A stretch of DNA of 64,000 nt from Vicugna vicugna. Its lineage: Eukaryota. The notes under the pieces were generated by a model. The model was not told where the DNA came from. It made no database searches and was given only the letters and a program-made list of their open reading frames with translations. Location: the NCBI GenBank assembly GCA_013265495.1, contig MU058718.1, forward strand, positions 3,424,081-3,488,080, in the 5' to 3' direction. Made by a program: the position numbers and the translations under genes. Shown in pieces: positions 28,355-44,324 of the stretch (position 1 is its first letter; each line of letters begins with the position of its first letter).

Positions 28355-28629
28355 TTAAAGATACTATTTTTAACCCAGAAAGTTCCCTGAAGGTTTTCCC
28401 ATGTGGATATTAATCTTATACATTTAGCTGCAGCAACATGGGAAATGGAGTTAAATCCACAGGCATTTTCATCCAAGATGGGTTAGGCCTGAATGAAAAA
28501 TTTTCTGGAGTCATCATTTTTCAATCTGAATTAAAATCTAGAAGTGCTGTGAAATGTGATTCTGTAGCTACCCAGGTAGAACACAGAATGAGCATCCTTG
28601 GTGACCAGGCCCTGGCTTTTGTGACAGCA

Positions 28630-28860
28630 ATAGCTAACATTTAGGGATACTTGCTTTGACACAGCACTATACAAATTGTGTGACAGGGATCAACTCCTCT
28701 GTTCCTCACAACAGCTCTACAAGGTTATTATTGCTACTATCCACATTCTAGAAATGAGGAAACCTTGGCACCATGATATTAAGAACTGGTCCAAGGATCC
28801 AGAATTCTGGTCCTGGTAACCTGGCTTCAGAGCCCAGAATCTGGACCGTGGCACTCTGCT
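28630..28860 (-). mobile_element. MIR
   Basis: tagctaacatttag..cctcacaacagctct..aaatgaggaaac..ccaagg..ttcagagccca. Confidence 0.7.
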
Positions 28861-31800
28861 CCTCTGGCTGGTAGTACGGTACAGAGAGAAGGCATGTTCC
28901 CACTCTCATCCTTTCACCAGTCAGGCAGCACCTACCTAATGCACACCTGCTAGGAGCTGAGTGCTGGGCAGGGGGGCGGGGGAGAGGGACACGAGGGTGA
29001 CTCAGGATGAGTCCTGCCCCTGTGGGCTTACAGTGCCACGGAGGAGATAAGTCATACCCACAACTGACTCCAACATAGGTTGAGAGTGAGTTTCCAGGTG
29101 AAGGTGGCCCATGTCATGGAAGTTCTGAGGTGGGGAAAGTTACTTCCAGCTGAAAGGGTCACAGAGCGCCTCCTGCAAAGCTGGCATGGAAGGAGCCCAA
29201 ACTTTGGGAGGCATGTGTTGGGGTGGCTGATGTCCTTGCCTGCGGGGATGGGCAGGGCTGCGAGGGAAGACGATAGTGAGCAGCACGGTGCACCCTGGCC
29301 TTGCTGCATCCAGCTGGCCGTGAGGACCAATGGATGCTTTCTGTTTCCATCACCTCCTCTGACGTTGCTAAAAAGATGATCGCTATAGCCCTTCATTTTA
29401 GCACCCTTTGGAACCCAGAACTTTTATTGGTATGGTGAAACTTAAAATGTCATTTGAACCACATAGAGTATCTAAGATAAAACCACAGTTGTCTTCCTTC
29501 AGGTAATGGGCTGGACAGCTGGGAATTCCCCCTTAAATAGTGGACCAGCCATTTTAGTATGTAGCCATAAATTTCAACTTTTTCCTTAATGGACATCTCT
29601 TTTGTGAAATGTTGCAGACACTTTCCTGGCATCTTTAACAGAGCATGGTAAACAGTCTGCCATAGGTGACTATAGTGGTGACTCCAGGTTTCTTATACCG
29701 GAGAGGTGGAAGGACAGCAATGTGGATGGATGAGGGTATCAGGATTGAGAGAACATCATTTAGAGCATCACAAAGTGCAAAGGGGCATGAAAGCCCCCCA
29801 GTTCTCCTTCCTTAGTGCTGCCTCTGCAGGATGGGAAATCAGTTCTGGGCCTTCCGGTGGGCGCAGATGGAGACAGCACAGAATGCACAGGGACTCCGTG
29901 TCCAGTGATGGTCCATCGGTGCTGGTATCCCGCCCCCACTGGGCACACTGCTGTGCTCCAGGCCTGCTGAACAGAGGCAGCTGCCTGTCCTCATTCCTCC
30001 CTAGCCCAGGGTGGAGTTCCCTGCCCCAGATCCCAGAGGGCTACGGAAACGAGAGACAGGTGGCCGGTCGTCCCCCACAGCAGCGAAGCTGTTTTGTCTT
30101 CTGTCTCCAGCGATTTGTTTCTCTGCTGTTTTGAGCCAATTGTATCTGTCACCACTTCTAAAAACAGCCAGCAAGGCCAACGCCGTGACTGCTGATGCCA
30201 GTCTCCATGTCTCCCTCCCTCTGCTTTTCTCCTCCTGCCTTGTCCCTTTCTTGTCACTCCTCAGTTGCTACTCAGATTTGTGAGAAAAGACTGGCCTTTT
30301 GTAGACATCACTTGCCAAGCACAGTACTTCTTTCTGTCATTGTTGGCTAACCCATCACTCAGAGTCCGCCGGGGATAATCTTATGGTCTTCCGCTTCCCT
30401 TTGGCAGAGTTCTCTGGGGGCCTGCTTTTTGCTGACAAAGAGGAGAGTTGTGTGTGTGTTCTTCTGGCAACTTTCTCTTCTTGAGCAGTCCGAAAGGCCG
30501 GGGGTGCTGGAAAGCAAGTGTGCATAAAGGCAGTCTTTATAATCTATCTACTCATGCCCCTCTCTGAAAGCACTGATTGCTTGAGCAGATTGAACAGTTC
30601 TGGTTCTGAAGCGAGATGGAGCTGAGTGAGGAGTCCAGATCCTGGGTCATAGAGAACAAGGTGTGAGGAAAACTTCACTTACTAGATCTCTAACCGTGGA
30701 CAAGTCTGTGACTCAGTTTCTTTTACCTGAGTGTCATATAAGGCTCGAAGCAGTTGTCCCCTCATAGGGCCTTGTAAAGGCCTTTAGCACAGTACTTAAA
30801 ATATTAGCTTCATTACTGTTCTTATCATTGAAAGACTGAAAGTATGGTTTCACTCAGCACACTGAGGATATGCCCCAGGGACTCATGCTCCCTACGACCA
30901 GGTTCGTATTGTAGAATTAGCCCATGTACTAGCGCGATTGTCCCTGACCCTGGAACTTGCTTTAGTGGCTCGAGTTTATAAATGATCATCACATAAAGTG
31001 GTGCACCAAGTTTGGTGAGCTATTTTTAAAAGCTGAAAAACAGGCTTTGAGGCTTATGCAGATGTGACCATATTTTAGGAACACTGTTTGAAATGTAAAT
31101 TACAGTGAATACCCTTCTGTGGTTTAAAAAAACACTGGGGGCCAAATATCTATTTTCAGGATGTAGTGAATTAATCAAATGTCAGAAAGCTACTGTAGGG
31201 GAAAAATGCTTTTGAGCTTTCAAAAAATGTTTCTAAGTCACATTTGGCACTACTGGGCAACACCTGCACTGTCAGCAGAGTCACCTGGGTCCCCAGGTTT
31301 CTTGTCCAAACTGTATGTTTTGTTCACATCCTCCCCAGGTCTTCCTTTGCTGAGTAAGGCCTTAAAATATCCTACTATCTGTGATCCCCACAGAGAATTT
31401 GTGACAACACTTATAATTATTGAGATCTACAGTTTTTTCAGTAACTTTACAAATGTCATTCTTCTCTTGGTAAGCCCAAAGAAATATCTGGTTTTTTTTT
31501 ATGTAACATGCAGAATTTGAAAGAATTCTACAATCATCTTAAATGTGTTCTCTCCCCAACAGTTTAGAATGAACTCATGTGTTGAATGGTACAAGGTGAT
31601 ACGTGTTTTCTTGGTTCTCTTTCAACTCTAAGATCCTCCAAAAGAAAAAAAAATTGTCATAATTATTCAGAAATATTCTGAAAAACTCTAACCTTTAATT
31701 TCCATATGTGGTTGGTAAATTAACATACCAATGAAATTACTCAGTGAGAATGCTGAAGGATAGTGATTAAGCTTCCTGATTTACAGAGCTTTTACTTTTA

Positions 31801-32096
31801 CAGAGGGCCTCCACGTCATAATTGTAGGTATCCATAGAATACTTGATTCTGAATCCAAGTATACCGTTGGGTTTTGTTAGAAACATTATTATTATTGTCA
31901 TCAGCATCTTTGTCATTACTTACCATGTATTGCCTGTTTGTTCCCATATGTTAGCATAAAAATTAATTATATGTCCATATGTTCAGAGTACAAATTTACA
32001 CTAGGGATGTTATTGGCGTGTCAAATTGCTTACTTAAGTCATTTTGCCAGTGCTTTGCATAATAGACAAATAATCCTTTGATTCAGATTTAGAGAA

Positions 32097-32165
32097 ATAG
32101 AGGAAGGAAGAAAAGGAAGATGGAAGGAAGGGAGGGGAGGGAGGGAATGAAGGAGGAGGGAAGGG
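32097..32165. repeat. Purine-rich GGAA/GGAG low-complexity tract
   Basis: Direct reading. Confidence 0.85.
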
Positions 32166-35100
32166 CCTGCATAAGGTCACCAAGAATTTAAAAATAATTA
32201 GGTAGGATTTGATGATTACAGTCCTTACTAGAAAGAAAAACGATAAACTAAGGGGGAAAAGTCAATAATCCACTCAAGTTCAATAAAACTGCTAGCAAGG
32301 AATCCTGTTAGTCCACGACAATGAAGACATTTGAAAACATTAGGCACATTGGAACACTTGAAACCTTTGCCCTCAGCCAAAGTCTTTAGGGGGCCAACTC
32401 TAATCATTTAACCACAGTTGTTATTGATAACAAGCCCACCATTAATGGTGAATGCATTTGTCAAATTCTGTGGTGCTCTGCTTCCCACCATGTAGGAGCA
32501 AAGGTCAAAGAGACCTGTAAGGAAGAGAGTGCCCAAGATGCCCGTGGAACCACCAGGATGCCACCACATGCAGCTGGAGCTCACCAAGTTTAGGGGACAT
32601 AGCTTTGAACACCCTCTACCCACTCTGGCAGTGCCAATGAGGGCCAGTCACAGAACTTCTTTAACGGCCTTTGACTAAACCTAGACATGAGTGGCACTCC
32701 TTAGCTCCAGAAGGCACTTAACGCATACTCTGAAGATGGTGGAGTATCCATCGTACCTCACACCCTACAAAACACCATACTGGCTGCATCACTTTCATTG
32801 CAGAACACCATAGATGGTAAATGCTCTCCTGTGTGAATAGGACCACACCAGGATGCTTACCTCTCCATATGGCTTGCATTTCTTCCTTCATTAACTTCTC
32901 TGTACAAGGATACAGTATTCTAGACACTAAGAGCATGCTTTGGTATTCCACTCAGTGTTTATTGATAAGGTTATTGATGGCATTCACACTTCTGAGATAG
33001 GAAGTTGTTAAAATCTCAAGCCTTCCTTAAAATAAACAGGTATGTGTTTTATTTACTTAATAAGCCTAAAGAATACATTTCTTGATTAAAAACTCCAGGC
33101 CTCAGACTTGTCTTTGAAATGATTAGTTGCCAGTGTGGTTAAATTAATAACACTAGTACAGAAGGTGGTATCAAGAGAATGGGGGAAATATTTGTCATAT
33201 TTCCATAAACCATGTGGGAGAATGGTGGCATGTGATTAAATTAAAATGTTCTTCCTTCATTTAAATGCCTCTAAGTTTCAGTGAATGTAATGATAATATA
33301 GGAGATAATATTCTACTCTAGGAGAAAAGGAAGAGAATTATTTATTCTCATAGATGAACCTATAACTCACAAGCATCAGTTTGTCATCTTGCTTCAGGAC
33401 ATGATGGGACACACAGAAGAAACCACACCCACTGACCAAAGGGACTGTGAAGAATAAATTCTTCAAGCTTGTATCTTGAAAGTACTTGTACCTTAAATAG
33501 GAAAAAAAAAAAAAGGATTGCCTTGTACTTAGGGGAAATTGTTTTAAATGGCAATCGAAATGTATAGATTACATTTCTGTTACTATTTACTTAGACTAAA
33601 ATATCTCTAGGGATATCCCTCCAGACCACATGATGAGAGAGAGTACTATGAGAAGAAGTATTTATTAAAAAGAAGAATTAAAGGAAAAAATTTAAAGAGC
33701 TACATACATGAAAGATGGAGAGGTAGATGGAGGTGTCAAGGTCAAAACTGGATAAAATAATGAAATTCCCCTTAATTAAGCTCAGTTTTTGCTGGTCTTT
33801 GTATCACATGAGCTGAGTGGCAGGATATGGGGTGGGAAATGTACTGTGGATAGACAGAACAACATTTTACATTTGTGTTATATAAGTTGTCATGGGTTGC
33901 TCTCTGCTACTAAAAAAGTCTAAGCATTCAGAGGGACACAAAAGTCTGCTCTCAGATTCTCCTTTTCTGAACAGGTACAGTGTCATATCGTGACCCAAGA
34001 TATGACCTTTATAAATGTACCATTCAACAAAATAAAACTCTTCAAGTGATCAGTAGGACTTGCCGTCCAGAACAGATGGTGACTACTGGTAAAATGGTGA
34101 AAGCCTTCTCTAATCTGTGGTCTAACTGTGGACCACAGATTAATTCCTTGTTCCCTGAGAGCTGGTTTAGGCTTTAATGCATATGAAAACTGGAATATTG
34201 CTTCCCAGTTCCTATTTATGTCACTCTTGCAACTTGTACACTTCCTTCTTAAGGAAAGAAAAAGCAATTCCTTAAATCCAGCCAGCTACAAACATAGTGT
34301 CAGGGGTTTCTCCAGAGCATCAGAGCTACTGCACAGAAATGTGGAAGTCAAAAAGTGACATGGCCTGGCTTCCTAAGAATTGTTTTTCATTAAAAAAAAT
34401 ATAATGTAGAAATAAATAATAATTTAAAAGTGGTAGATAACACAGAGTGAAGAAGGTAGCAAGTAAGAAAGCTGATAAAGACACTCAGAGAAAAAAAAAT
34501 TATGCTCTTAAAAGATTTAATTATCTGGCTGATTTCCGTAAGATGGGAAATCTTGCTAGATTAATTGAGAAACAAAGTTAATTACAAAGCACCAAAAAAT
34601 GCTTCTCTGGGACCCCAACTATTTAAGTTTTAGCAGTGATTTTTATCACAGGCTACTGTGATCATTGTGAAATGGTTGATTAAAATGTTTTAAAAATGGA
34701 CCAACATAGTAACAGTGGGAGTTGAGAGCCAGAAACTCAGGATATTGAGTCCTTCCAAGAAACTTGAGCCATGGAATACAGGAGCCAATGGCAAACACCC
34801 CGAGACTCACAGGCTCTTTGGCAGTGCAACAATGAAGCTTCTTAAGAGTAGCTGGAGCACCCCAACACTCCCACAGCTCCTTTGGCACCAAATAAACCTT
34901 GCTTGAGAAGGAAATTTATAGAGGCAGACATAGAATTTCTTGAGGCCTGAGTAATGTACTTATTTCAGCACATTTAGGTTATAAAATTATCACTGAGCTG
35001 AATCTTCTGGAAAATAAACACAATTCGGTCTGTTTTGCCTCAAGAACAGACTCACTCTGGGTTACAGTGCTCAGATCCAGTCCGTGCTCGTTATTCAGAC

Positions 35101-35664
35101 TTTCACTACCAGTCAGTTCTGCAGTCTTAGGGCAGAGGCCATCTGGATAGTGGGTGGTGACTGATGAGGTTTCTGCTACCTAGCAGCACTTAACGCACTG
35201 GCTACTGAAATATAGAGACATTTTCTGGGAACAGTTTAGTCTAACCTCATATAGCAGAGAGGAATAGCATATTAGCTGTAGGTCACCTGTCTTGCATTTT
35301 TAAGTATTTTAGTTGTGGGTATTTTTTTTCTCCCCAAGAAGCAGAAACTTAACCTTTCTTTACTTTCTTATTTTAAAGTAAAGTAATAAAATTAAAATAA
35401 AAATATAATCATTTGCATTTCTTGAGCCCAGACCAACAGTGTTGGTGATTTGACAGAAGCATACTAGATGTCAGAAGAAAAGACATCAACCAGTGAATTG
35501 TAAAATTTAATTTCCCCCCAATCAAAAGCACAAAACAATCTTCACATCAAAGTTGGTTTCTTTCACCAATTCTAATGAAGAGATTTTTTATTCCTGTATT
35601 TTATTTTATTTTAATTATATTAAAAGTTAAAAAGCAATAAATAACAAGTCATCTGTCAAAATAT

Positions 35665-37075
35665 TAGGAGACTCCAAATAGTCAAAACAATCTTGAAAAA
35701 GAAGGGCAAAATTGGAGTTCTCATACTTCCTGATTATAAAACTATTACAAAGCTACAAAACATAGTACTGGCATAAAGATAGACACAAAGACCACTAAAA
35801 ATTGAATAGAGCCTGGAAATAAACTCTCACATATATAACCAAATGATTTTTGACAAGGGTTCTAAGAGCATTCAATGGGAAAAGGGAAGTTTTGTAACCA
35901 GTGATGCTGGGGAAACTGGCTATCCACATGCAAAAGAACAAAGTTGGACAGTTACCTAAAGCCATGTACAAAAATTAACCCAAAGTAGATCAAAGACTTA
36001 AATGTAAGAATTGAAACTATAAAACTCTTAGATGAAAACATAGGGCAAATGCTTCATGACACTGGGTTTGGCATTGATTTCTTGGATATGACACCAAAGG
36101 CACAGGCAACAACAAAATAAGCAGACAAATTGGACTTCATGAAAATTTATAAATTTTGTGCATCAAAAGAAAACAAAAAAACCCAATTTAAATTAAAAAT
36201 GGACAAAGAACTTGGATAGACTTTTCTCCAAATAGGATACACAAATGGCCAATAAGCACATGAAAAGATGCTCAGGATTATTAGTCATTAGGAAAATGCA
36301 AATCAAAACCACAATGAGATACCACTTCACACCCATTAGGATGGTATTATTATAAAAAAAAAACAGACAATAGATATTTAGTGAGAATGTAGAGAAACTG
36401 GGAACTTTGTGCATTTTTGGTGGGAATGTAAATGGTACAACTGCTGTGGAAAATAGTATGATGATTTCTCAAAGAAAATTACAACAGAATCACCATATGA
36501 GCCAGAAATTCCACTTCAGGGTATATACCAAAAAAAGCAAAAGGGACTTGCAGAGATATTTGTCTTCTCATGTTTATAACAGCTTTATTCACAACACAAA
36601 AGCTGGAAGCAACTCGAGTGCCCATCAATGGGTAAAGGGATAAACAAAATATGATATATATGTGTGTGTATATATATATATATATATAATGGAATATTAT
36701 TCAGTCTTAAAAAGAGGGAAATCTTGACACAAGCTACAACATGAATAAACCTTGAAGATACTATATAAGTGAAATAAGCCAGTCACAAAAAGACAAATCC
36801 TGTATAATTCCACTTATATGAGTTACCTCGAGTAGTTACATTCACAGAGGCAGAAAATAGAATGGTGGTTTCCAGGGGCTGGGAAGAGGGGTGAATGTAG
36901 AGTTATCATTTAACGGGCACAGAGCTTCAGTTTGGGAAGAAGAAAAAGTTCTGGAGAAGGTTGATGGTGATGGTTGCACAACAGTGTGATGTATTTAATG
37001 CCACAGAATTGTTCAGTTAACAATTGTTAAAATGGTAAGTTTATGCTATGTATGTTTTATCACAATAAAAAATTA
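35665..37075 (+). mobile_element. L1M (L1MA/MB-like) ORF2 end and 3' UTR, with an internal deletion near 36175
   Basis: caaaacaatcttgaaaaagaag..aaaccacaatgagataccacttcacaccc..gaaaaagttctggag..cacaataaaaaa. Confidence 0.9.
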
Positions 37076-38269
37076 GAAAGGAAGATCAATAATGAATGAG
37101 CTGTCCAAAAATTAGGAAGAACTTAAAATGTCAAAAAATAGGTTAAATAAATTATGATAACCCACTCAATGGGATATTTATGTACCCAGTAACATTTATT
37201 GATAGTGGCAACACGGAAATGCCTATAATATGGTGTTAAGTGGGAAGGAGGTAAAATTGTCACATACTATAATTGCAACTATAACTAAATCTAGCTCAAG
37301 GAAAAAAACTAAAAGGAAATATCAGAATGTTTTAAAATTTTGCATTGGAGTAGTGAGGCAATTTGGTTTTTTTAGGTCTATTTTCCTATTGGTTTTGAAA
37401 GTAGGCATAATAATCTTTCATGGAAAATAAATTTATAATCAAAACTGAAAAGAAGGGCCTGAAAACTTGATTTGCAGTTCCCTAGGAACAAAACTGAAAA
37501 GTTTCCAAATAATTATTATTAAAACTCCTTTCAGTTATTATCCATAAAATCCAGAATGCTGGTTATTTTTGAGGCTTTTGCAAAGTACTATAAATATAGA
37601 GGATGAGTAATTGAGGTTCCTAGAAAACCCTTGGTCAACTCTGTGCTTCAAAAACCGCTTCAGGATTTGGATCACTGAGCAGAGGACACAGAAGATGAAC
37701 ATTTCTAAAGAAGGAAACTTTTTAAGATCTGTCATGTGCTTGACACTGGGGAAAGACAGCTTCCTAGAGGCAGCAACTGCACATTCAGAGAGATGCCTCT
37801 CTAGGTTAAGGCAGACTCATAGTTGGGCAAATAGCCTTTAAAACTATTTTGCAAAGCGAGGCAGTGAGTGATTCTAAATGAATTATTTTTAAAACTTGCT
37901 TCTGCATAGTCCTTCTCTGGCTTACTTCTTGTCATTAGCTCATTGTCTTTCAGCAAGTCTCACCTCTAGCCCTACCCCACCACCCACCCAGGGAAAAGAG
38001 AAACAGAAGAAGAAAGGAACTGGGTTCAGATGGTGACATTTGCTCTTTTGAAAGGACAATTAGAGGGCAGGAGAAGATGGGCAACTGTGTCACGGAGCAG
38101 AAGCTGCCGCTCCCCTCAGGCCACTCAGCTCCTTTACCCGTGCTTCACAACCTCCTGCTTAGAGCAGCTCCCAGCGGAGGGCAGTGAGGGAGACCTGTGG
38201 AAGGTGTCCCTTGAGGTGCCAAGGTTACCAGCTTCCCAGGGTTCCAACATCTACATAATGTTCTGATGA

Positions 38270-38602
<333 letters not shown>

Positions 38603-39730
38603 TAGTTTCTGCTTCAGATTCTCAATGTCCTGGGAGACTGAGTCTATGACACCAAGGCCAGGCCCCCAGTAGCCCTGCTGGGCACGGGTCCCCCCATAAC
38701 AGAACCCACCTTGGTGCTGACGTGTGTATGTGGGTGCCTAGGAAACTTCACTGACTCCCCAGAAGTCTCTGCCCCCATGTGCCACAAGACTGAGAAGCGT
38801 ATGGGCTTTTTAAAATTTGGTTTTGTTCATGTTTGATCCTGAAAACATGATTCCCTGCAAGTTTTTCCAAAGCAGAATTATTGCCTTGCTTAAGAATTGG
38901 GCCCTTTTACTAATATCTTGGACAGTTCTGTCAGCTAGAAATGTCTAATCATACAAGGTTTCTACCTCCTTGACACCTCCTTCTGGCCAGTAAGTCAGTT
39001 TCTTCCCAAATAAAGTGAAGTTTCTTTCATTCCTTGGGTGTCTCATGATTTCTTCCGTGCTGTTTTAGTGAGATGCTATGATGTCAGTTGAATTTTACTT
39101 AACTTTTGATCCCAATGATTCAAGGACCTTTTATTAAGGAACATGTATCCCTTCTAATTCGAATTCTGCCAAGCTGGACAAGAATGACAGAGGGGGATTA
39201 AATATAAGAAATGAAAAAGTGCTCTACCAAAGAATAAAATGATACATGAAGATGATGCATGTAAAGTTTAAAGAAATTCTATTTTATTGATTATCATATG
39301 CAGCCTCCCTAATCTATTTAATAAAACTCATTTCTAAGTCTTAACAGGATATGCCCACAGCTCATATCAGAAACTTAGGGTTGTTGGTTCCAGTAGACTT
39401 AATGGATTGCCAACATATCATTATTTAATGTTATTGGCTTCTATATGATCAGCCATAAATAGCGTGATCATATATACAGATCATATATCATATATTAGAG
39501 CAATTAACAACCACTAATTATTTATAGTGCCCACTCTGACTCATGGAGTATTTATATTTTCGTAATAAGTCACAAGGCATCCTTGTCATAACAGGCTCCT
39601 GGCTGCCTGCACAGAAATGGGAAGGGTGTGAGTCCCACGGTGGCTGGTGGTGTGCTCCCGGAGCTGAGGAGCAGTGATCTGTGTCCAGTGTGGGGTTGTA
39701 CTGCTTAGGCTGTGGTCTTTGATGTGATAG

Positions 39731-39934
<204 letters not shown>

Positions 39935-40064
39935 TAGCCACACCCTGAGCGGATCCTGGTGCTGCCAGCATAAAGACTGCCACCATAAAGGCAGCTTTCC
40001 AGAAACTGCAGCAAACACAATGCAGCCACTAGGTTTATAAATCACATGACAGGTGGGAAAGTCA

Positions 40065-40096
40065 ACACACACACAAACACACACACACACACACAC
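40065..40096. repeat. (AC)n microsatellite, interrupted once
   Basis: Direct reading. Confidence 0.95.
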
Positions 40097-40729
40097 CCCT
40101 CTGGTTAAGGTTACAAACATGTGGAATGTCTCCTGTCTTACCATGAATCGGAAACATAACTTGTAGCCGTGTGACCTGCCTCTCAGAATCAGACAAATCC
40201 AGATCAGCTCAGTGCTCGCCTCTTTGAGGGTCTTAGAGATGTCACATGCTCAGTATCAGAGAACAGCTGACGTAAAAAGAGATAAGGAGAAAGAAAGAAA
40301 GAGCGCATCACTGTACATAAAATCTTGTTGCAGACAGTAACCCAGATGTCTTGATAAAAATCAAAGGAGTTCAGAATTGAAACTGCTTCCACAGGGACAG
40401 AGATAGTGAACAGTGGAGCGTGGATTCGGGGGCATTTGAGAGGATCACAGTCGATTTGCCTGTGCTGGTCAGGAAAATGAGATCCTGGGCACAGAAGGAA
40501 AGTGGAAATGTGAAATCAACTTGTTAACTTTTGGTCTGTGTGGTTAAGGGATATGGCAGGATCTCTTAGAGATTTTCGGGTGGCTGAGGGGAAGTACAAA
40601 TACTTAAAATTACCTTAAGGAAAATGACTCTCAAAGAAAAGTAAAAATTCGCGCTAACCATGAAATGGTTATGATATTTTTATGGCAGCGTAAGTAATAT
40701 CTCATTTGAAAAATATTTCAGATTTTTTT

Positions 40730-41050
40730 AACTTTTTAGTTTGAAATGATTATGTATTCATAGGACGTTGCAACAATAGTAAGGAGGGGTCCCCTATACC
40801 CTGTTTCCAATGTCCATTAGTGGTTGCATGTGGCATATCTATTACAGAATATCAAAGCCAGGAAACTGACATCAGTACAATGTGTGTGTAGAGGTCTGTG
40901 CTATCGAGTGTAACCACCTCTGCAGCTGAGACACAGCTCTACTCTATCACCAGAAAGATCTCCCTCATGCTGCCCCGGTGTAGTCGCACCCACACCCCGC
41001 CCCAGCCCCTGGCAACCACTGATCTGTCCTCCACCTCTGTAACTTTGTCA
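40730..41050 (-). mobile_element. L1MC-like 3' fragment
   Basis: aatatcaaagccaggaaactgacat..cccctggcaaccactgatctgtcctccacctctgtaactttgtcatt. Confidence 0.65.
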
Positions 41051-41429
41051 TTCTTTCTGATCTTTTTTAAAACTGAAGAAATTTGATTTGCCCTTTGCTT
41101 CCCCAATTTAAGCATCCATGTAATAAATGACTGAGAATCCAGTGCTTTAAAATGTTTGTTTCTTAAGAAAAACCTACATGCATCTTTTTATCAGACAGAG
41201 AACCGTGTAACCCAGTGAGCGTTAGAGCTATGTACATCATGCAGTTACATTTATCCCTGTCCCTGGTACATGTCCTTCTCTCATCCTTTTAATGAATTTT
41301 TGCCCTGTTTTATTTTCAGTTTTCTCATTTTTTATTTAGTATGAATTGCTTTAGGATGATGCCTTAATTAACTTTCGAAGTAAGTTGTGTATAGATTGTA
41401 AATAAAAATGCTTCACTGTAGTAATAAAA

Positions 41430-41650
41430 ATATTTAGCATTTATTGACTGCTCACTAGGTCAGAAGTACTCCTAAGTACTTTCCAGAGAGTAACTCATTT
41501 TATTCTCATAACCCTGTTAGGCAGCTGAGGAAACTGGGGCACAGGAAGACTGGGTTACTTGTCTAAGCTCACCCAGCTCATGATGGGCAGGCCCAGGATT
41601 CATACCCAGGGGGCATGATTCCAGAACCCATCTACAACTTCCAGTGTGTG
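41430..41650 (-). mobile_element. MIR
   Basis: agcatttattgactgctcact..ctgaggaaactggggcacag..ggattcatacccagg. Confidence 0.75.
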
Positions 41651-44324
41651 CTATTAAGTTAGTGCCTTACTAAGGGGCTTCTTTAGGGAACAACTGAAGT
41701 CTTCTCTTAAATTGAAGAAACTGAAATTTTTGTTGCAGCAGTTCTTTCAGGCTTTTACTAAATTGTTCTTTAACCCCTTCATGGTAGCCTATGAAGTGTC
41801 ACCATCCAAGGAGTGTACAGAGCCCGAGGTAAAGTCCCCTTGATCAACCTCTCTTTATATCCTATTCTTTCAACCAAGTTGAATCATTGAAAGGTCATGT
41901 CTCAAGTAGCTCAGAGGAGAAAATGTGTCACAAGAGAGCAGTGGAAAGGCTGTTGGTGGAAGAGAGAAAAAAAAAATGAGCCAACCCAATTAGCCTTGGT
42001 GATGAGGCAGGAGGAGGGGCCGGTAGAGGGCAGAAGCCTACGGGCTTTCAGATGCTTTAAGCAGCTGGAGAGCCCTCTCCTCCCCATCCTTTTTGAGTCA
42101 TGTCCATCTGCCATAGTGGAGCCCAGGCCTGCCGGCTTGCATGATGCTAACAATTGTATTGGAGTGAACAGGCCCTTCATCTGGTGTGGGAACTGCAGGC
42201 ACAGACCGCATTCCTAAAGCATCCTTGCTTGGCCATTTATGGCTGTACACAGAAGGAAGTGTGGACATGGCTGTACACACAGCAGAGGATGCTACCCATG
42301 CTCAAGGCCGAACACAGAACACTCTCACAGCAAAAATTCACCTGGAACCCAAAATTACCCAGAACAGTTATGTATGAAGTTAATATAACTATGTATATAT
42401 AAAGCTATATTATATGTATAATATAAGGCCATTTGGTATGAGACTGGATTATTCCATTTTCCTTTTCTTTTTAGCATTTAATTTACTTCTGATAAGTATC
42501 CTGCAGAGTTAATTCATGTGCTTTGCTTTGTGCTCATTAAGCTTAGTTAATTCAGTGAGAGCCCAGTCCTCCTTAGAATCTGAATAATTTTCATCTGTCA
42601 TGCTTTTGATGGCAAAAAAAGCCATAAGGTCATGACACAGTAGAACTTGATTGGCTGTAGTTAAGACTTCTCCTACTGGCCCCTTTGGTATCTGTTAGCA
42701 TATACACAACTGTGCCTGGTGGAGTGTGGGTCTTTTTATTTTCTTAGGATATTCACAGTTTAATAAATTGTGCTTTTACAGCTTGTCAGTAAAAATATCT
42801 CAAGAATTTGCACCCCCATATCCATGTACAAGTGGCCAAAATTTAAGTGACATTTGGAATTGTGTTAATCTGACCATCGTGAGACTAACATGTTAGTTTC
42901 AATGTATGTTTTCTAATTGTGCTAAATATGTGGATTAGTAGAAAGTTTAAAATATTTTCAATTATTTGAAATATGCATTTAAAGCCATGACTCAGACCTA
43001 CAACTAAAATATCTGTTTACTTTCTGACTCAAAATTTGAGCATCTCTCTGGTTTTGAAATTTCATCTCAGATGCCTTTTTTAAAAATATCAAAGAAGATA
43101 GGTCTGTTGTTGGTTTTTAAATACTTCCGCTTAGGCCAGCTGCTGCTCAGCTAAAATGCATTGCCTAAAATTATTCTCTTATTAGCTAAGGATTTAACTG
43201 ATCTGCTCTTTTTGTTTCACCATCACCTTCAAGCAGCTGAGATCTGAGTGGCAAATGCTGGCACCCTCTTTGTTGAAACATCCCTAAATTGTAATGGCAT
43301 GTTTTCTGGTTACATTTTGATTAGAAAATCATCTTACCCTCTTTCCAGACTATTGGGAGTAGTGGTTGATATCTCAAGCTTTTCTTTTGTAGAAAACAAC
43401 TGATTAAACCTTGTTTTCTGTTTTTATTACGGAGTAATAAAAACATTTTTCCTGAATTCTACATTGCTATTGTCAATTCTTACCAGGTCATGGGAATGAA
43501 ATTTTAATATTTTTTTCCAGTCCAACCCAGGTCTGGTTCTTGGCTCAGAATAGATTTCAGATACCTACCCTCTCCCAGAAAAATATTACCCCAGAATTGT
43601 CTAAGTACACAAAGGATCCCAAGGTTCATGAGTCAGTGCTGAAATGAAACACTAATGTGTTCACTGTGACCCAAGATGAAACACTGACCCAGTAGTCCAT
43701 CAAGCCTTTTTAGCACAAAGACTACTGACTGTTAATCCCTTGAGTGCCTCTACCCACCTAAGGACACATTTATCTTCATTAACTCATTCTGAATCTTAAG
43801 AGCCCTGATTATGCACCAAGGTCATAGACAAGGACAGAGTGATCTGAACAGACCCCTCCTATAAATCATGGAGAAAGAGTGCCCAGAGATTTGGCAGTGA
43901 TGAGCACACATGCAAACTCCCGTGGGATCTGTATCATGATCTGGGAGCCTAGAGTCCATGTCCTCAAAGCCTGTGTTCACATTTATCCTTAGCAGGGTAC
44001 TGGGAATAGCTTTCCAGAAACCGCCTGTTGTCCCTCTAAAATCTAAACTTCCCTCAGATGCCATTTGTATTGTTTGACCACCATAAAAAGGAATGACAGT
44101 CCACAAAAGAACCTTCAGAGGAGTTGATGGAGTAAAACTGCGTTCCCGGTCACCATAGCTCTGAAGGTGAAATATGCCATTCGTCTAGACCAGCAATTCT
44201 TGAGCTTTATCGTTCACATTGTAGGAATCAAAAAGGAACATTCCTCTTGAAATTAGGCCTGCACCTTCCCTCTTGTTTACTATTACTGACCCCCGGGATG
44301 GAGAGGCAAGGTAAACACATGGCC